The notes beneath the pieces were generated by a model that was not told the DNA's origin, did not search any database, and worked only from the letters and a program-made list of their open reading frames with translations. The position numbers and the translations under genes were made by a program. A stretch of DNA of 64,000 nt from Eledone cirrhosa (Eukaryota): NCBI GenBank assembly GCA_964016885.1, contig OZ024746.1, positions 86,242,001 through 86,306,000 on the forward strand, given 5' to 3'. Of this stretch, positions 38,305-52,188 are shown piece by piece. Each line of letters starts with the position of its first letter. Within the stretch, counting starts at the first letter, position 1.

Positions 38305-40208
38305 GCATACATACATAAACACACACACATATACACAACACACACATATATACACATATATATGTAAAACATACATACATAAACACACACACATATGCAC
38401 AACACACATATATACACATATATATGTAAAACATACATACATAAACACACACACATATGCACAACACACACATATATACACATATATATGTAAAACATAC
38501 ATACATAAACACACACATATGCACAACACACACATATATACACATATATATGTAAAACATACATACATAAACACACACACACATATGCACAACAACACAC
38601 ATATATACATATATATGTAAAACATACATACATAAACACACACACACACATATGCACAACAACACACATATATACACATATACATAAACACACACACACA
38701 TATGCACAACACACACATATATACACATATATATGTAAAACATACACACATATGCACACACATATGCACAACACACACATATATACACATATATATGTAA
38801 AACATACATACATAAACACACACACACATATATACACATATATATGTAAAACATACATACATAAACACACACACACATATGCACAACACACACATATATA
38901 TACATATATATGTAAAACACACATACATAAACACACACACACACATATGCACAACACACATATATACACATATATATGTAAAACACACACACATATGCAC
39001 AACACACACATATATACACATCTATATGTAAAACACACACATATGCACAACAACACACATATATACATATATATGTAAAACATACATACATAAACACACA
39101 CACATATGCACAACAACACACATATATACACATATATATGTAAAACACACACACATATGCACAACAACACACATATATACATATATATATGTAAATAATA
39201 CATACATAAACACACACACACATATGCACAACACACATATATACACATATATATGTAAATCATACATACATAAACACACACACACAGATATGCACAACAA
39301 CACACATATATACACATATATATGTAAAACACACACACATATGCACGACACACATATATATACACATCTATATGTAAAACACACACATATGCACAACAAC
39401 ACACATATATACATATATATATATGTAAAAGATACATACATAAACACACACACACACATATGCACAACAACACACATATATACACATATATATGTAAAAC
39501 ACACACACATATGCACAACAACACACATATATACATATATATATGTAAAACATACATACATAAACACACACACACATATGCACAACAACACACATATATA
39601 CATATATATATGTTAATCATACACACATAAACACACACACACATATATACAACAACACACACATATATACATATATATATATGTAAAACATACATACATA
39701 AACACACACACACATATGCACAACACACACATATATACACATATATATGTAAAACATACATACATAAACACACACAGATATGCACAACAACACACATATA
39801 TACACATATATATATAAAACACACACACATATGCACAACAACACACATATATACACATATATGTAAAACATACATACATAAACACACACACATGCACAAC
39901 AACACACATATATACACATATATATGTAAAACACACACACATATGCACAACACACACATATATACATATATATATGTAAATCATACATACATAAACACAC
40001 ACACACACATATGCACAACACACATATATACACATATATATGTAAAAAACACACACATATGCACAACAACACACATATATACACATATATATGTAAAACA
40101 TACATACATAAACACACATATACACATATATATGTAAAACATACATACATAAACACACACACACATATATACAACTACACACACATATATACATATATAT
40201 ATATGTAA
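38305..40208. repeat. ~50-66 bp minisatellite ATGTAAAACATACATACATAAAC(AC)nATATGCACAAC(AC)nATATATACAC
   Basis: Direct reading. Confidence 0.95.
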
Positions 40209-40423
40209 CTTTATACTAAAACTCATTTGTCAAGTGACAACTTTGTGTTAGATTTGTCTGGGAAATGGTAATTTGATATCTTCATCTGTAGCTTTCATTC
40301 ACCAGTGCTGAAAAGATGATCAGCAGACGATAGAACAACTATCTATATCTACCAATCCATGTATTTACCTATCTTCGGACAATGAAAACAAGATATATCT
40401 ATCTACCTAGCTATCTCTCTTAT

Positions 40424-40692
40424 TGGGCCTTCTCTGTTTATAAGCCTGTAGGTTGAGGAAGAGAGCAAAAGGAAGAAAGGAGCACTTGCACAACACGCTC
40501 CTCGAGTTGAGGGTTGTTCTATCGACGGGGTATTAAACAACCCATTTGTGGCGCCTCCCCCCTATTGGGGATTTCGATTGTTGAAATTGTTTGTTTTTAT
40601 ATTTTTTACACGACTGTATGTAAAATCCCCGGCATGTCTTTGTATTGTCCCCTTTCTTGTTGCGCCCTTCTGGCTAATAAAGAAATCTATCT
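40424..40692 (+). mobile_element. 3' end of a related Tx1-type LINE in decayed (ATCT)n
   Basis: gggccttctct..agcctgtaggttgagga...ggctaataaagaaat matches 35545-35810. Confidence 0.85.
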
Positions 40693-40909
40693 CTCTTACT
40701 AGCTATCTTTCTATCTCACCATCGATTTATATGTGTGCTTGTCTATATTTTATTAACCTATGGATAGATACATATGTAGATAGATAGACATGCCACATAG
40801 ATCAATAAGGAGATAAGAGAGCACTGAGATCAATAAGGAGATAAGGAGCACTGAGTGCAATGTCAACTATATGTATATATAAATCTATATATATATATCT
40901 ATATGTATA

Positions 40910-41019
<110 letters not shown>

Positions 41020-41041
41020 TTTATATATACATATAGTTGAC

Positions 41042-41229
41042 ATTGCACTCAGTGCTCCTTTGGGAGCCCCTACATGGACACACTAGAAGAGGAAGACCAA
41101 GGTTAACGTATGTTGATGCCCTAAGGACAGACACCGGTCTGTTGGAGACGCAGGTCATGGCAGCGATAATGAGGGACAGAGACCGCTGGAGAGAACTCGT
41201 CCATGGATCTCGGGAATTTTACCCGCCTT

Positions 41230-41232
<3 letters not shown>
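41042..41232 (+). mobile_element. RTE LINE 3' end
   Basis: [22 protein letters not shown]...MRDRDRWRE; copies at 51610-51772(-) and 48401-48441(-). Confidence 0.85.
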
Positions 41233-41320
<88 letters not shown>

Positions 41321-41327
<7 letters not shown>

Positions 41328-41500
41328 GTGAGGTATTTTTTACAAAATGAAAAATAACCGAGGTGTCCTACACGAGTGAAAGTATAAAGAAAAAAAGATG
41401 AAATCGAAAATGCAACTGGATTCTTATTTTTTAAAAAAATATATATATTTATTTGGTTCCTTTACCGGTTTCTCAGTTCTTCTGCTTTTCAAAAGTAGAG
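41321..41500 (-). mobile_element. PLE-like terminal fragment with decayed hammerhead
   Basis: Minus strand ctt-ttgaaaa-gcag aagaa ctga-GAAACCGGUA-aag at ~41459-41496; abuts (TA)n. Confidence 0.45.
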
Positions 41501-41561
41501 TTGAGATGGAGGGTCTGTGGTTTTTCTCACATCTGTGAAAAACCACAGACCCTCCATCTCA

Positions 41562-41700
41562 GTCCAGAATTAGCCGTACAAACGGCTTGAGCTCAGCCGT
41601 CGGGGTCCTACTCGTTCCTATCACCCACTCTACTACCCTAAGTATTGAGTACTTTGGTGCGTTATAGTCCATCTGGTTCCTTACCACATTTCCTTCGTTA
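41562..41700 (+). mobile_element. Single-arm copy of the 32226 family
   Basis: Matches reverse complement of 32226-32363. Confidence 0.8.
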
Positions 41701-41772
41701 TATATATATATATATATATTGTTATACTTGGGGAGAATCATGTTATAATATTGCCAGAAATATATATATATA

Positions 41773-41890
41773 GTAATAATAATAAATTTGAAGACTAAAA
41801 TCCAAAGAATAGGTTAGTTTCAGAAGATCCCGTTAAGGGTGAAAGCAGCGATTCTTAGCTTAAACTTTAATCTGTTATTTTAATAAATAT
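41773..41890. mobile_element. Head-to-head rearranged copy of the 31531 family
   Basis: Inverted tail end 41773-41809 joined to forward arm 41815-41890. Confidence 0.7.
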
Positions 41891-42161
41891 ATATATATAT
41901 ATATAATATATACAGGGTGTCCATAAAGTCCGTGTCTAATATAAAATACTTGTAGATTTTTAACTATACTTGATAGAAACAATCCATAAAAAAGATGAAA
42001 AAAACTATCTATTAGTTTTTGTTTTGGGAAAATTTATTATTTTTTTACCTATTACTTTATTTCTTGAAACTTAAAAAGGAATTATTTTTCAGAACTATTG
42101 TTGACGTTTCACTTCACTAGAAGAGAAAATAAACTGCATACGCGACTGGTATTTTATTTTA

Positions 42162-42719
42162 TCGGGATGTTTGTTTACAAACATCCCGAGCTTTATAACA
42201 AATGTTCGGTAAATCGATACGTACACATATATGTGTGCATGTATGTATATATATACATACTACTGTACGTTTGTATACATATATGTATGTACGTATACAT
42301 ACTTATATTTAAGTAACAGCCGTACTAAGAGTGAGAAATGAAATTTCGTTTCATTTTTTCCATTTATCGTTTTCGGTGCGCCCGGCCGATTAACTCACTC
42401 GATATGCAAATTAGGCTGCTCAGCCGTTAATATGCATAAGGAAAAGTATATACTTTCAGACGTTCAATCATCTGGCAGGAAGGTATACGGTGCTGACAAT
42501 AGCTAATAAGCTTGAAACTAGTACATCATTCCTTTGTCAGTGTTGAACAAAAGGGCAACGATGGTTGCTAAACACCGTACGGCTTAATTCGGGATCTTTG
42601 TTTACAAACAAACCGAGCATTATAATAAATGTTCGGTAAATCCATACGTACATATATGTGTGCATGTATGTATATATATACATACTACTGTACGTCTGTA
42701 TACATATATGTATGTACGT

Positions 42720-42725
<6 letters not shown>
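42162..42725. repeat. ~140-bp direct repeats (42162-42301, 42589-42725) around a ~290-bp spacer
   Basis: Direct reading. Confidence 0.85.
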
Positions 42726-42797
<72 letters not shown>

Positions 42798-42895
42798 AAG
42801 GGAAGTATGTTTGAACGCGGCGACCGAAGTTTATATATATATATGAATAGATATATGCGTGTGTGTATGTGTAAGTATGTGTACGTATGTATGTA

Positions 42896-43367
42896 GGGCG
42901 GAAGAACTCATAAGGGTCAACGGCCATCCAAAAGTGTGTAAATATGTATATAAACATGTACATATGTATGTATATGTATATGTGTATATACATGGGTACA
43001 TATGTATGTATATGCGTGGGGACATAGAAATAGTCGGGCTGGACACCCGATCGCGCGGTTAAACCACTGGGAGTGAAGGACACCTAGCCTTTGTCAGGCC
43101 ATTCTTCTTGGAGAAGGCAACTCAGGAAACTGGGATAACTCCGATATAAAACCTGCGGCTCAGTAGTTACTGATGATGTTGATCTTTTCTTCTTTTTAGG
43201 TTATAGCTACTGTCGCTCAGAGAGTGGGATTGGTTCAGTGCACAGTCTTTCTTCACTTTAAAAAATATCTTCACGCACAGGCATTGCACGATAGAATTAA
43301 TTAATAATTATTAATAATGGTATATCGTGCAATGGCCATACTCGATAACGAGGGGGCAGCCGTCATC
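42896..43367 (+). mobile_element. RTE-derived non-autonomous family B with (ATGT)n tail
   Basis: Homologous to 12779-13330. Confidence 0.8.
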
Positions 43368-43427
43368 ATGTATGTATGTATGTATGTATGTATGTATGTA
43401 TGTATGTATGTATGTATGTATGTATGT

Positions 43428-43830
43428 CCGGGAGAGATGACCCCTTAGCCTTTGTCAAGGCAGAATTCTAGGAGAAGGAAAACTCTGATATAACACCTGC
43501 AACTCTGATGGTATCCAATGATGTTGACTTGTTCTTCTTTTTGGTAAATATCATCTTGGTTAAGAGAGTGGGACTGGCTTTGTGCAGTGTCTTTGCTCAC
43601 TATAAAAGCTTCACGGCACAGGCATTGCTTTATATCTGGAGATCTCTCTGCACTTGTCATCACATGGTACCATGGGCACTATGTGTCAATAATTGTCACA
43701 AGTGTAGTGTTTGTACCAGAGTTTTCAAGTCGCTGGCTGGACTAAAAAGTCACACTCGTTCAGCGCATCGGTAGTTCTCCTACATGGATATAAAGTAGTG
43801 GCCGTACTCGAAAACGAGTTGGCAGCCACC
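43428..43830 (+). mobile_element. RTE-derived family A, 5'-truncated
   Basis: Reverse complement of 27397-27807; (ATGT)n both sides. Confidence 0.85.
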
Positions 43831-43967
43831 ATGTATGTATGTATGTATATTCTATCAATGAAAAATGAACGTTCACAGCAAAGCTGACAGTCTTGGAAGA
43901 CAATAAGATATTTCTCACAAAGAATAAAGTCATGTGTGTATAATTAGCAACGCTGACCTTATTATTT

Positions 43968-44574
43968 GTGTTGTTGTTGTTACTATTGTTGTTGCTACTG
44001 TCTTTGTTGTTGTTGCTGCTAGTGTTGTTGTTGTAGTTGCTGTTATTCTTGTTGTTATTGCTGTTACTATTGTTGTTGCTACTGTCTTTGTTGTTGTTGC
44101 TGCTAGTGTTGTTGTTGTTGTAGTTGCTGTTATTGTTGTTAATGCTGTTACTATTGTTGTTGCTACTGTTTTTGTTGTTGTTGCTGCTAGTGTTGTTGTT
44201 GTTGCTGTTGCTGTTGATAGTGTTGTTGTTGTTGTTGTTATTGTTGTTGTTGTTATTGTTGTTGTTGCTGCTACTGTTGCTGTTATTGGTGTTGTTACTG
44301 CTACTGTTGTTGTTGTTGTTGTTGTTGCTGCTGCTACTGTTGTTGCTACTGTTGTTGCTACTGTTGTTGTTGTTGTTGTTGTTGCTGCTGCTGCTACTGT
44401 TGTTGCTGTTGTTGTTGCTACTGTTGTTGCTACTGTTGTTGTTGTTGCTGCTGATATTGCTATTAATGTTGTTGTTGTTGTTATTGTTGTAGTTTCTGCT
44501 ACTGTTGCTGCTGTTGTTGTTGTTGCTGCTACTGTTGCTACTGTTGTTGTTGTTGTTGCTGCTAGTGTTGCTAC

Positions 44575-44605
<31 letters not shown>

Positions 44606-44843
44606 GCTACTGTTGCTACTGTTGTTGTTGTTGCTACTGTTGTTATTGCTACTGTTGTTGTTATTGTTGCTACTGTTGTTATTGCTACTGTTGTTGTTAT
44701 TGCTGCTACTGTTGTTATTGCTACTGTTGTTGTTATTGTTGCTACTGTTGTTATTGCTACTGTTGTTATTATTGCTGCTACTGTTGTTATTGCTACTGTT
44801 GTTGTTGTTGCTGCTACTGTTGTTATTGCTACTGTTGTTGTTG
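43968..44843. repeat. (GTT/GCT/ACT) trinucleotide-derived repeat
   Basis: Direct reading. Confidence 0.92.
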
Positions 44844-45206
44844 TAATTGGAACTTTACAATTGGAAACATGGGACACCTTACCTTTCTGAACTATAAGTA
44901 AACTCTTTACAACGAACCACACCAGTGTTATATTGTATAATACAACTAGAATATACAAATTATTCAAACTGATTTATTACGCATGGAATCATCATTGTTA
45001 TACTTCAATATTTGTAACACAGCAATAATAAAATACTAGGTTGCTGAACACAAACGCGATAGGTGTGTAGAGTTAACAAAGTCTACTCTGTGGATAATTC
45101 AAAGATCGTGATTTTAATGTAATGAGATCTCACCAGTTTCTTTACAAACTGGATATATTACCTTGACTAACTTTATTGTTTACGTTATATATTTATTTAT
45201 AGACAA

Positions 45207-45237
<31 letters not shown>

Positions 45238-45290
45238 AATAAAAATAGCATAGACATTATAATACAATAGAAGGGAACATAATACTAGTA

Positions 45291-45532
45291 CCACAGATGA
45301 TGTTGCAGATGTGCAACGAAAGAACTTTGATAGACAATATATATATATATATTTTTTTATATCTGTATTTTTAACCGTTGGTCAATCAATGATAAACATT
45401 GATTGCCAAATAAATTAACTATAGGGATATAAAAGATACAGAAGCGAAAACCAACCAAACAGTGAGTGTGTTCTGTTATTATTTCTGGCAATATTATTAC
45501 AACAATATGACCCTCCCCCAGTATAACAATAT
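45291..45532 (+). mobile_element. Diverged relative of the 10646 family with decayed hammerhead
   Basis: cagatga-t-gttgca gatg tgcaac-gaaa-gaac-tt at 45294-45327; shared terminus atgaccctccc..gtataacaata. Confidence 0.55.
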
Positions 45533-45711
45533 ATATTTATTGCTATCTTTAAAAGGAGTTTATAGAAAATAAGGGTAAAATTTGAATATTAGTAGTCGCA
45601 AACCTGAGAATACAATTAAATGAGAGATCATAACTCTGATAAAGTGCGTAGCTCGGAGATCTGAAAGTGACTCCAGATCTGAAAGTGACTCCAGGTATAG
45701 CCGCTACTTCT

Positions 45712-46041
45712 CCGAACTGAGAGATCACAGCTCCGATATTATGGGCATATGGTTAGAATATTTCAGGAAAGAATCTCTGGACAGATTTTACGATCAAAAC
45801 CAAACGGCAAGAGACCCAGGGATTGACACCAAACAAGATGGTTGGATAACACCCATGAGCTTGGCTGATCACGCCTGGGGGTCCACCGGGGTCATTTGGA
45901 GACTGCTGCTTCTGACAGGACCCGCTGAAAGGAATATTTGAGGACTCTGCCCCTACGACCTTCTCTCGAATAGAAGAAGAAGAAGAAGAAGAAGAAGAAG
46001 AAGAAGAAGAAGAAGAAGAAGAAGAAGAAGAAGAAGAAGAA
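45712..46041 (+). mobile_element. RTE LINE 3' end with (GAA)n tail
   Basis: RYYGHMVR...TRWLDN; tail 45972-46041. Confidence 0.8.
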
Positions 46042-46679
46042 ATAACTTGTGTATGTATGATATTAAAAGGCTTTAGGAGTTTGTAATTACTCACACACAC
46101 GTACATACACGCAGACACAAGCACACGCACACATTTTTATAGTTATATACACATTGGTTGACCTGGGGCTAAACAAAATAATCCCAACGCCTGGCGGATA
46201 AATGAGTTTTACGTTGCTCGACCTGCTAGATATAGCAACAAAATAACCCTTAAATCACACTCTAGCGCGTTTCTAATGATCGTAAGAAAGACACGTTGGT
46301 AAATGTTGATGTTGTTGTTGTTCTAGATACACTCACAATGATACACTCACAACTAACAGATAAAAAATAGTAGTAAATAGGATGGTCATAGTTGGAACGT
46401 CTTTGAGCATACGTTCTGCTATATCAGATTTTTTTTTTACTTGGGATTAAACATCATCATCGGCGTAGCTAGCTCTATATACAAAACAGTTTTTTTCCAT
46501 TTCAGGTAGACGCGGTATATCATCTACTTTTCTAAAAGAAGTACATCATACACAAAACGCCAACATCAACAGTTTTGCAAGAGATGTCAACATCAATGGC
46601 CCTGTTATTTTTGTCTAAAAACATTTTTTTCCGATTCCGTCCCACCCGTCCCTCCAATCTTTGTAATTTCTCATTCTTT

Positions 46680-46714
46680 CTTCTGATGCAGGACTAGCGT
46701 CCGAAACGTTAAGG
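46680..46714 (+). ncRNA. Minimal hammerhead-like motif, one core substitution
   Basis: CUU-CUGAUGC-A-GGAC uagc GUCC-GAAACGUUA-AGG; palindromic AACGUU. Confidence 0.5.
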
Positions 46715-46798
46715 CCCTCTTCCTGCTATTTCATATATATCTCCTTTTATATATTGTACCGATTGTGTTGTTATTTCTGTTTACTTACATCTATCTAT

Positions 46799-46929
<131 letters not shown>

Positions 46930-47749
46930 GAGAGAGAGAGGTTAGTCTTTCACAAGTTTTAACGCTGGAGATGTTCTGACGTGCGGTCGGTAAATAACTA
47001 TGCTTCTTATATTGTTTAATGATTCTAAGGAATTCAGTACAGATGAATAAAATGGTACTTCCTACTGTATTGGAAGAAACGTCCGTAAATGTATCAAATG
47101 AATTACAAGCACCTTGGTAACATGATAGCATTTCATCCCGGCAAGTATGAAGGTATGGTTTCGAGTCTCGTAGGTACTAATATCCATTTATTTCCGGCTT
47201 TCATGCTCTCTTATTTAGTCTCGACTTGGGGCCGATTGAATAATGCTTCAAGCTGATATTTTGCGTATAACGTGACAAGGGTGATTACGGCTAAAATATG
47301 TTAAACTGAAACTTCCTTCTCTCATGAGAGCGGTGGGGTCGATTTAATCGACTTTTCCCTCTTCCAAAGTTACTGGCCTTGCGCCTAAATCAGAAACCAT
47401 ATTACGTGAATGATACGCTGATGTACAGTATTTAACATTGAACATTCAAATACATGTAATAGAATTGAGGGTTTAAACACACATTCAGAGAATACACACA
47501 CATATGAACGTGAACCCGATGTAACAGTAGAAGAAATGCACCAAAGCTGACATACAGTAGAATAGACCCTTGAATCTCATGCTTGAATAATGAGCTTCTT
47601 TATAAGAATTGTCATTATATCCTAAAGCTTACAAATGTTTCAAGGGAGATAATTAGAAAACGATGAAAACAAGAGTAACCTCCTTTAAAAACATTTTTTA
47701 TCCGTATATTTTGAAAATAAGAAATATTTTATACACCAAATATAAATTA

Positions 47750-48098
47750 CCGTATTTCCCGGCGTCGAAGACGCTATTTTTTTTCAAAAAAATAATTCCT
47801 AAAAATCTACCATGCGTCCTGGAGACCGAAGATTGTTCATTATTTTTTTCCAAAGGTCATGGATTGGCAGTATCGATAGAGGGTCGGGCACCGTGCTTTC
47901 CAACATAGAGTTACGTCCCTTTACGGTTTGAGTTCAAAGCCCGCCGAGGTTAATTTTGCCTTTCATCCTTACGGGGTCGACAAAATAAAGTACCAGTAAT
48001 GCACTGTGATAATTGCTGGCCTTGTGCCCAAAGTAGAAACAATTATTTTTCAAATTTTTGGTTGTCAAAATTAGGGTGCGCCCTCGGGGACGAAGCGT
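47750..48098 (+). mobile_element. pogo/Tigger-type MITE interrupted by SINE family 1 (~47858-48041)
   Basis: TA-CCGTATTTCCCGGC end; uninterrupted copy at 62444-62596; SINE flanked by attattttt..caaa. Confidence 0.8.
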
Positions 48099-48713
48099 AA
48101 ATTATATAATGTCTGCAATAAACACGAAAAGATGAAAAGATATTCAATACGGAAAAGAAGGACGGGGAACCTCTATACCTATCTATATATATCCCTATCT
48201 GTGTATCTATCGATCCATCTATCTATTTCTTTGTTTATCTATCTATCTAACTAGAAAGTTAGAGTGGTATAAATAGATGGGGACAGATTATACATAATCA
48301 TAGGTTGGCATTTACGTATATGGATGAATAATTGCACACACGAAACACATACACACATATACATATATTTACACACACACACACATATACACATACACAT
48401 CCATGGACGAGTTCTCTCCAGCGGTCTCTGTCCCTCATTATATATATAATGTATGTACGCGTATGTATATAACGTATTTATTAATGTGTGTACGTGGGGG
48501 CAGGAATAGTCTGTGTGTGTGTGTTTACGCGTTGAAATATACAAAACAAATATTAGGGAAAATGTATTTTCGTGAAGTGTGGTGGATTGCAGTAATACTT
48601 TATCCGTGTACTAGGTGAGGTACCCAGTTTCACCCGGGTAAACAGATGATAAGAGAAGACAGGTAGAAGAGAAAGCGTCTGTATTGGATGCGTTGTCGGG
48701 TTTACAGTATAAG

Positions 48714-48751
<38 letters not shown>

Positions 48752-48837
48752 AACCAGCACCCAACCTGCTAGAAATAGCAGTCAGGTTGGTTAGCATACC
48801 CGGAATGTTTTTCTTCTTCTTCTTTGATGTTATATAA

Positions 48838-49053
48838 TGATTTCTAGTATAGGCAGAAGGCCTGTAATTTGGCGGGAGGAGAAAGTTGATTAAATCGACC
48901 CCAGTTCACTACTGGTGCTTTATTCTATCGACACCATAAGGATGAAAGGCAAAACTAATCTCGGCCGGGTTTTAACTCAGAACGTAAAGGTCCATAACTC
49001 TATGTTGCAAAGCATGGTGTCTGACGCTCTACCGATTCAGCCAATCCACCGCC
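48838..49053 (-). mobile_element. SINE family 1, full length
   Basis: A/B boxes and core. Confidence 0.85.
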
Positions 49054-49287
49054 CTTCTTTGCTGTTATAAAATGAGTATCAATAAAACCTTCCTGGGTAT
49101 ACCCTTATTCCATTGCTGTACTTACTTCTCGATTGTTAGTTTACGTATTTGTGATGCGTGAAAGAACCAACCAACCAACAAACATCTCTCTTTTATATTA
49201 TGTATAGATTATAAAAGAGAAACTGTTTATCCGCGAGGGAAAAAAAGGGGCGTGATGAAAATTTGTTGTTGCTGAGTGAAAAACACA

Positions 49288-49346
<59 letters not shown>

Positions 49347-49347
49347 G

Positions 49348-49440
<93 letters not shown>

Positions 49441-49471
49441 CGAGGGCGAGAGAGAGAAAGGGAGCGAGAGC

Positions 49472-49517
<46 letters not shown>

Positions 49518-49551
49518 GAGCGAGGGCGAGAGAGAGAAAGGGAGCGAGAGC

Positions 49552-49629
<78 letters not shown>

Positions 49630-49736
49630 GAAAGCGAGAGCGAGAGCGAGAGCGAGAGAGAGAGAGAAAGAGAGAGAAAGAGAGACTGTGTGAAAGAGAG
49701 AGAGAGAGAAAAAAAGAAAGACTGTGTGAAAGAGAG
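49288..49736. repeat. (GT)n(GA)n polypurine tract
   Basis: Direct reading. Confidence 0.95.
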
Positions 49737-50094
49737 CTGGATCGTTTATGACGTGAGAATGAAATGACGTCATAATAACAAATTGCCATAATTCAATATC
49801 TTTCATTAGGAAATATTTTCTCTGCAGTTTAGAAGGATGTCTTCCATTGTTGTGTGCAAATCATATATTTGTATAAAACAACAACAACTGTATTTAAACT
49901 GTTATTAATCTTCACCGGAAACGCAGTCTAAACATTATTTGAACAATTTATGAAGGTATGTATATGATATAAAGTTTTATTGTAAAAGATGCAAGTGTAA
50001 GGAAGGAAAGGTTCTAGGGTCTCAGAAGAAGGCGAGGGAGATGGGGGACGGTGATGGGCTCTAACCTTAGGCCCACCGGTACCGTTAACGTCGT

Positions 50095-50255
50095 CTTCAC
50101 CAAGATTCAGCGTAACAGTGAAATAGCAAGGCATTTGAATCACAATCACAACTCATTTTTGCCAGCTGAGTGACCTGGAGGAACTAGAAAAAGTATCTTA
50201 CTCAAAAACTCAACGTTCGACCAGGAATCGAAATCACAACCTTATGATCGTGGGC
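50095..50255 (-). mobile_element. SINE family 2, decayed
   Basis: gccagctgagtg..ctggag and ggaatcgaa as in 61867-61978. Confidence 0.65.
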
Positions 50256-50559
50256 ATGGCCAGCCTTTTTTAGTCACCTTGTATAACACCTCCCTTCTGT
50301 TGACCGAGTGCTGAAGCTAGCGCATTACTGTATTAGGTTCTGCAATTCTTGCATTTAATCCATCCTCCTGGCTTCCATCCTCCTTACGAAGTAAATAAAA
50401 AAGTACCAGTCATGTACTGAATTACAACTATCCGCTATGTTTCTTTCTCACGTCTTTTCTCTCACTCTTTCTCTCCATCTCTGGTGAGGGATAAGCCCCG
50501 CTAGGTAGGGCTCAACATACGTCGTATCAGAGTTACGGATCCATAGATATAAGTACACT

Positions 50560-50806
50560 GGAGGCACGTGACCTAGTGTTAAGGGTGTTAGACTTACGAT
50601 CATAATGTCGTCGATTCGATACCTAGGTTGCGTGTTATGTTCTTGAGCAAAACACTTCAATTCACGCTGCTCCAGTATACTCAGCAGAAATTGAGTAGCA
50701 GCAATAGCTGCGATGGACAGGCATCCTGTCCAGGGGGAGATAAAATAAAGTACCAGTAATGCACTGGGGTAATTGCTGGCCTTATGCCAAACGTAGAAAC
50801 AATTAT
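50560..50806 (+). mobile_element. Chimeric SINE: family 2 head/body plus family 1 3' end
   Basis: Switch at ~50738 (gggggagataaaataaagtacc). Confidence 0.75.
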
Positions 50807-51201
50807 TTTCAATGAACACATTTATTTACAGCATGATTCAGCTCTCAACTATATTAACATCATGATACTTAACAGTATCTAAAATATAGTTTAAAGGGTT
50901 CAATACGTTTGTTTTAAGTACAATAACTGACAGTGTTAAACAATTTGCCGACAAACACAAATATAGCTTCAAAGAAAATAGAACATTACTGCCAATAAAT
51001 ACATATGAATTGTATATTAAATATACAATGGACACAATATTCCTCAAAATTCCATAGTTTTATTCTGGATATTTATTTGTGTTTTGTAATAAGCTTCGAT
51101 TCGATTCTATTATTTACCAGAGACAACAGTGAAACTATTGGACAGTGTTGTTTTGTTTTGTTTCGTTCCGTTATTTATATACAACTTTCAAAATATATAT
51201 A

Positions 51202-51293
51202 CAGGGTGTCCCAAAACATGTATACACACTTTTAACAACATTCTAATAAATATTGCCTGTACAAAGTAATTAAAGTGTGTATACATTTTTTGT
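51202..51293. mobile_element. Tc1/mariner-type MITE remnant
   Basis: TA-CAGGGTGTCCC end; inverted atgtatacacacttt/aaagtgtgtatacat. Confidence 0.6.
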
Positions 51294-51609
51294 ATAAATA
51301 TATTGAAAGTTGCCATGACAACCAAAACTATGATAGCACTGATTTATTTTCAATTCACTCAAGCGCGTTCGATTTAGCTGAATCTATCAAAACTTATATA
51401 GAAAATATATTTATACTACGGTTACTTTAGAAGCTCCTACGTCTTGACACATGTTGCAACCAAAGTGCTCCACTGACCACAGCCAGTTGCATCTGTCAAT
51501 ACATGGTTCCAACTTTTGTTGACAGGTTTCAGGTTTCTGTCGATTGTCTGCCGCCAGTTCGTCTTGGAACGTCCTCTTCGTCTATTCCCATGGGGGGGGG
51601 GGGGACCAA

Positions 51610-51772
51610 TCTATCTAGGGCGGGTAAAATTCCCGAGATCCATGGACGAGTTCTCTCCAGCGGTCTCTGACCCTCATTATCGCTGCCATATCCTGCGTCT
51701 CCAACAGACCCATGTCTGTCCTTAGGGCATCAACATACGTTAACCTTGGTCTTCCTCTTCCAGTGTGTCCAA
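51610..51772 (-). mobile_element. RTE LINE 3' end with short (AGAT) tail
   Basis: Homologous to 41075-41232. Confidence 0.85.
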
Positions 51773-52188
51773 TACAGGACCTAATTGGTGACTGCTGAGG
51801 GCAAAGGGCGTTTTCACTTTTTAAGGTGCGTTCCATGTTCGTAATGTTTTTTCTGCTGTATTTTTATTTTACCTAGCTCAGCGTCCCACTTGCCCGTGTA
51901 GTCTGTCTGCCTCTACCTGCCAATGGTCTAATATACTCAGAAATCACACTAATTTTCTAACTCTTTATAGTTTAAAGAACAAAATCTAATCCACATCCAG
52001 GGTTGTATGACATTGGTAGAGATGGTAGGAATAAAAAACGGTACATTTCTCTGTGGTCTCCACCCCACAAAAAAACATCCTAGAATTCATCTGATCAGTA
52101 AAGGTTTAATCTCATTAAAAAAAACAAAACAAAAAATAACAGGTGAAAAGAAAAAAAAGAAAACAAAGACAAAGTATTTAGTAAATAA

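Noticed and set aside
43930-44967. Mucin-like Thr/Ala ORF with hydrophobic N-terminus
   Set aside because: Trinucleotide repeat open on both strands; no domain or splice evidence. RNA-seq could overturn this.
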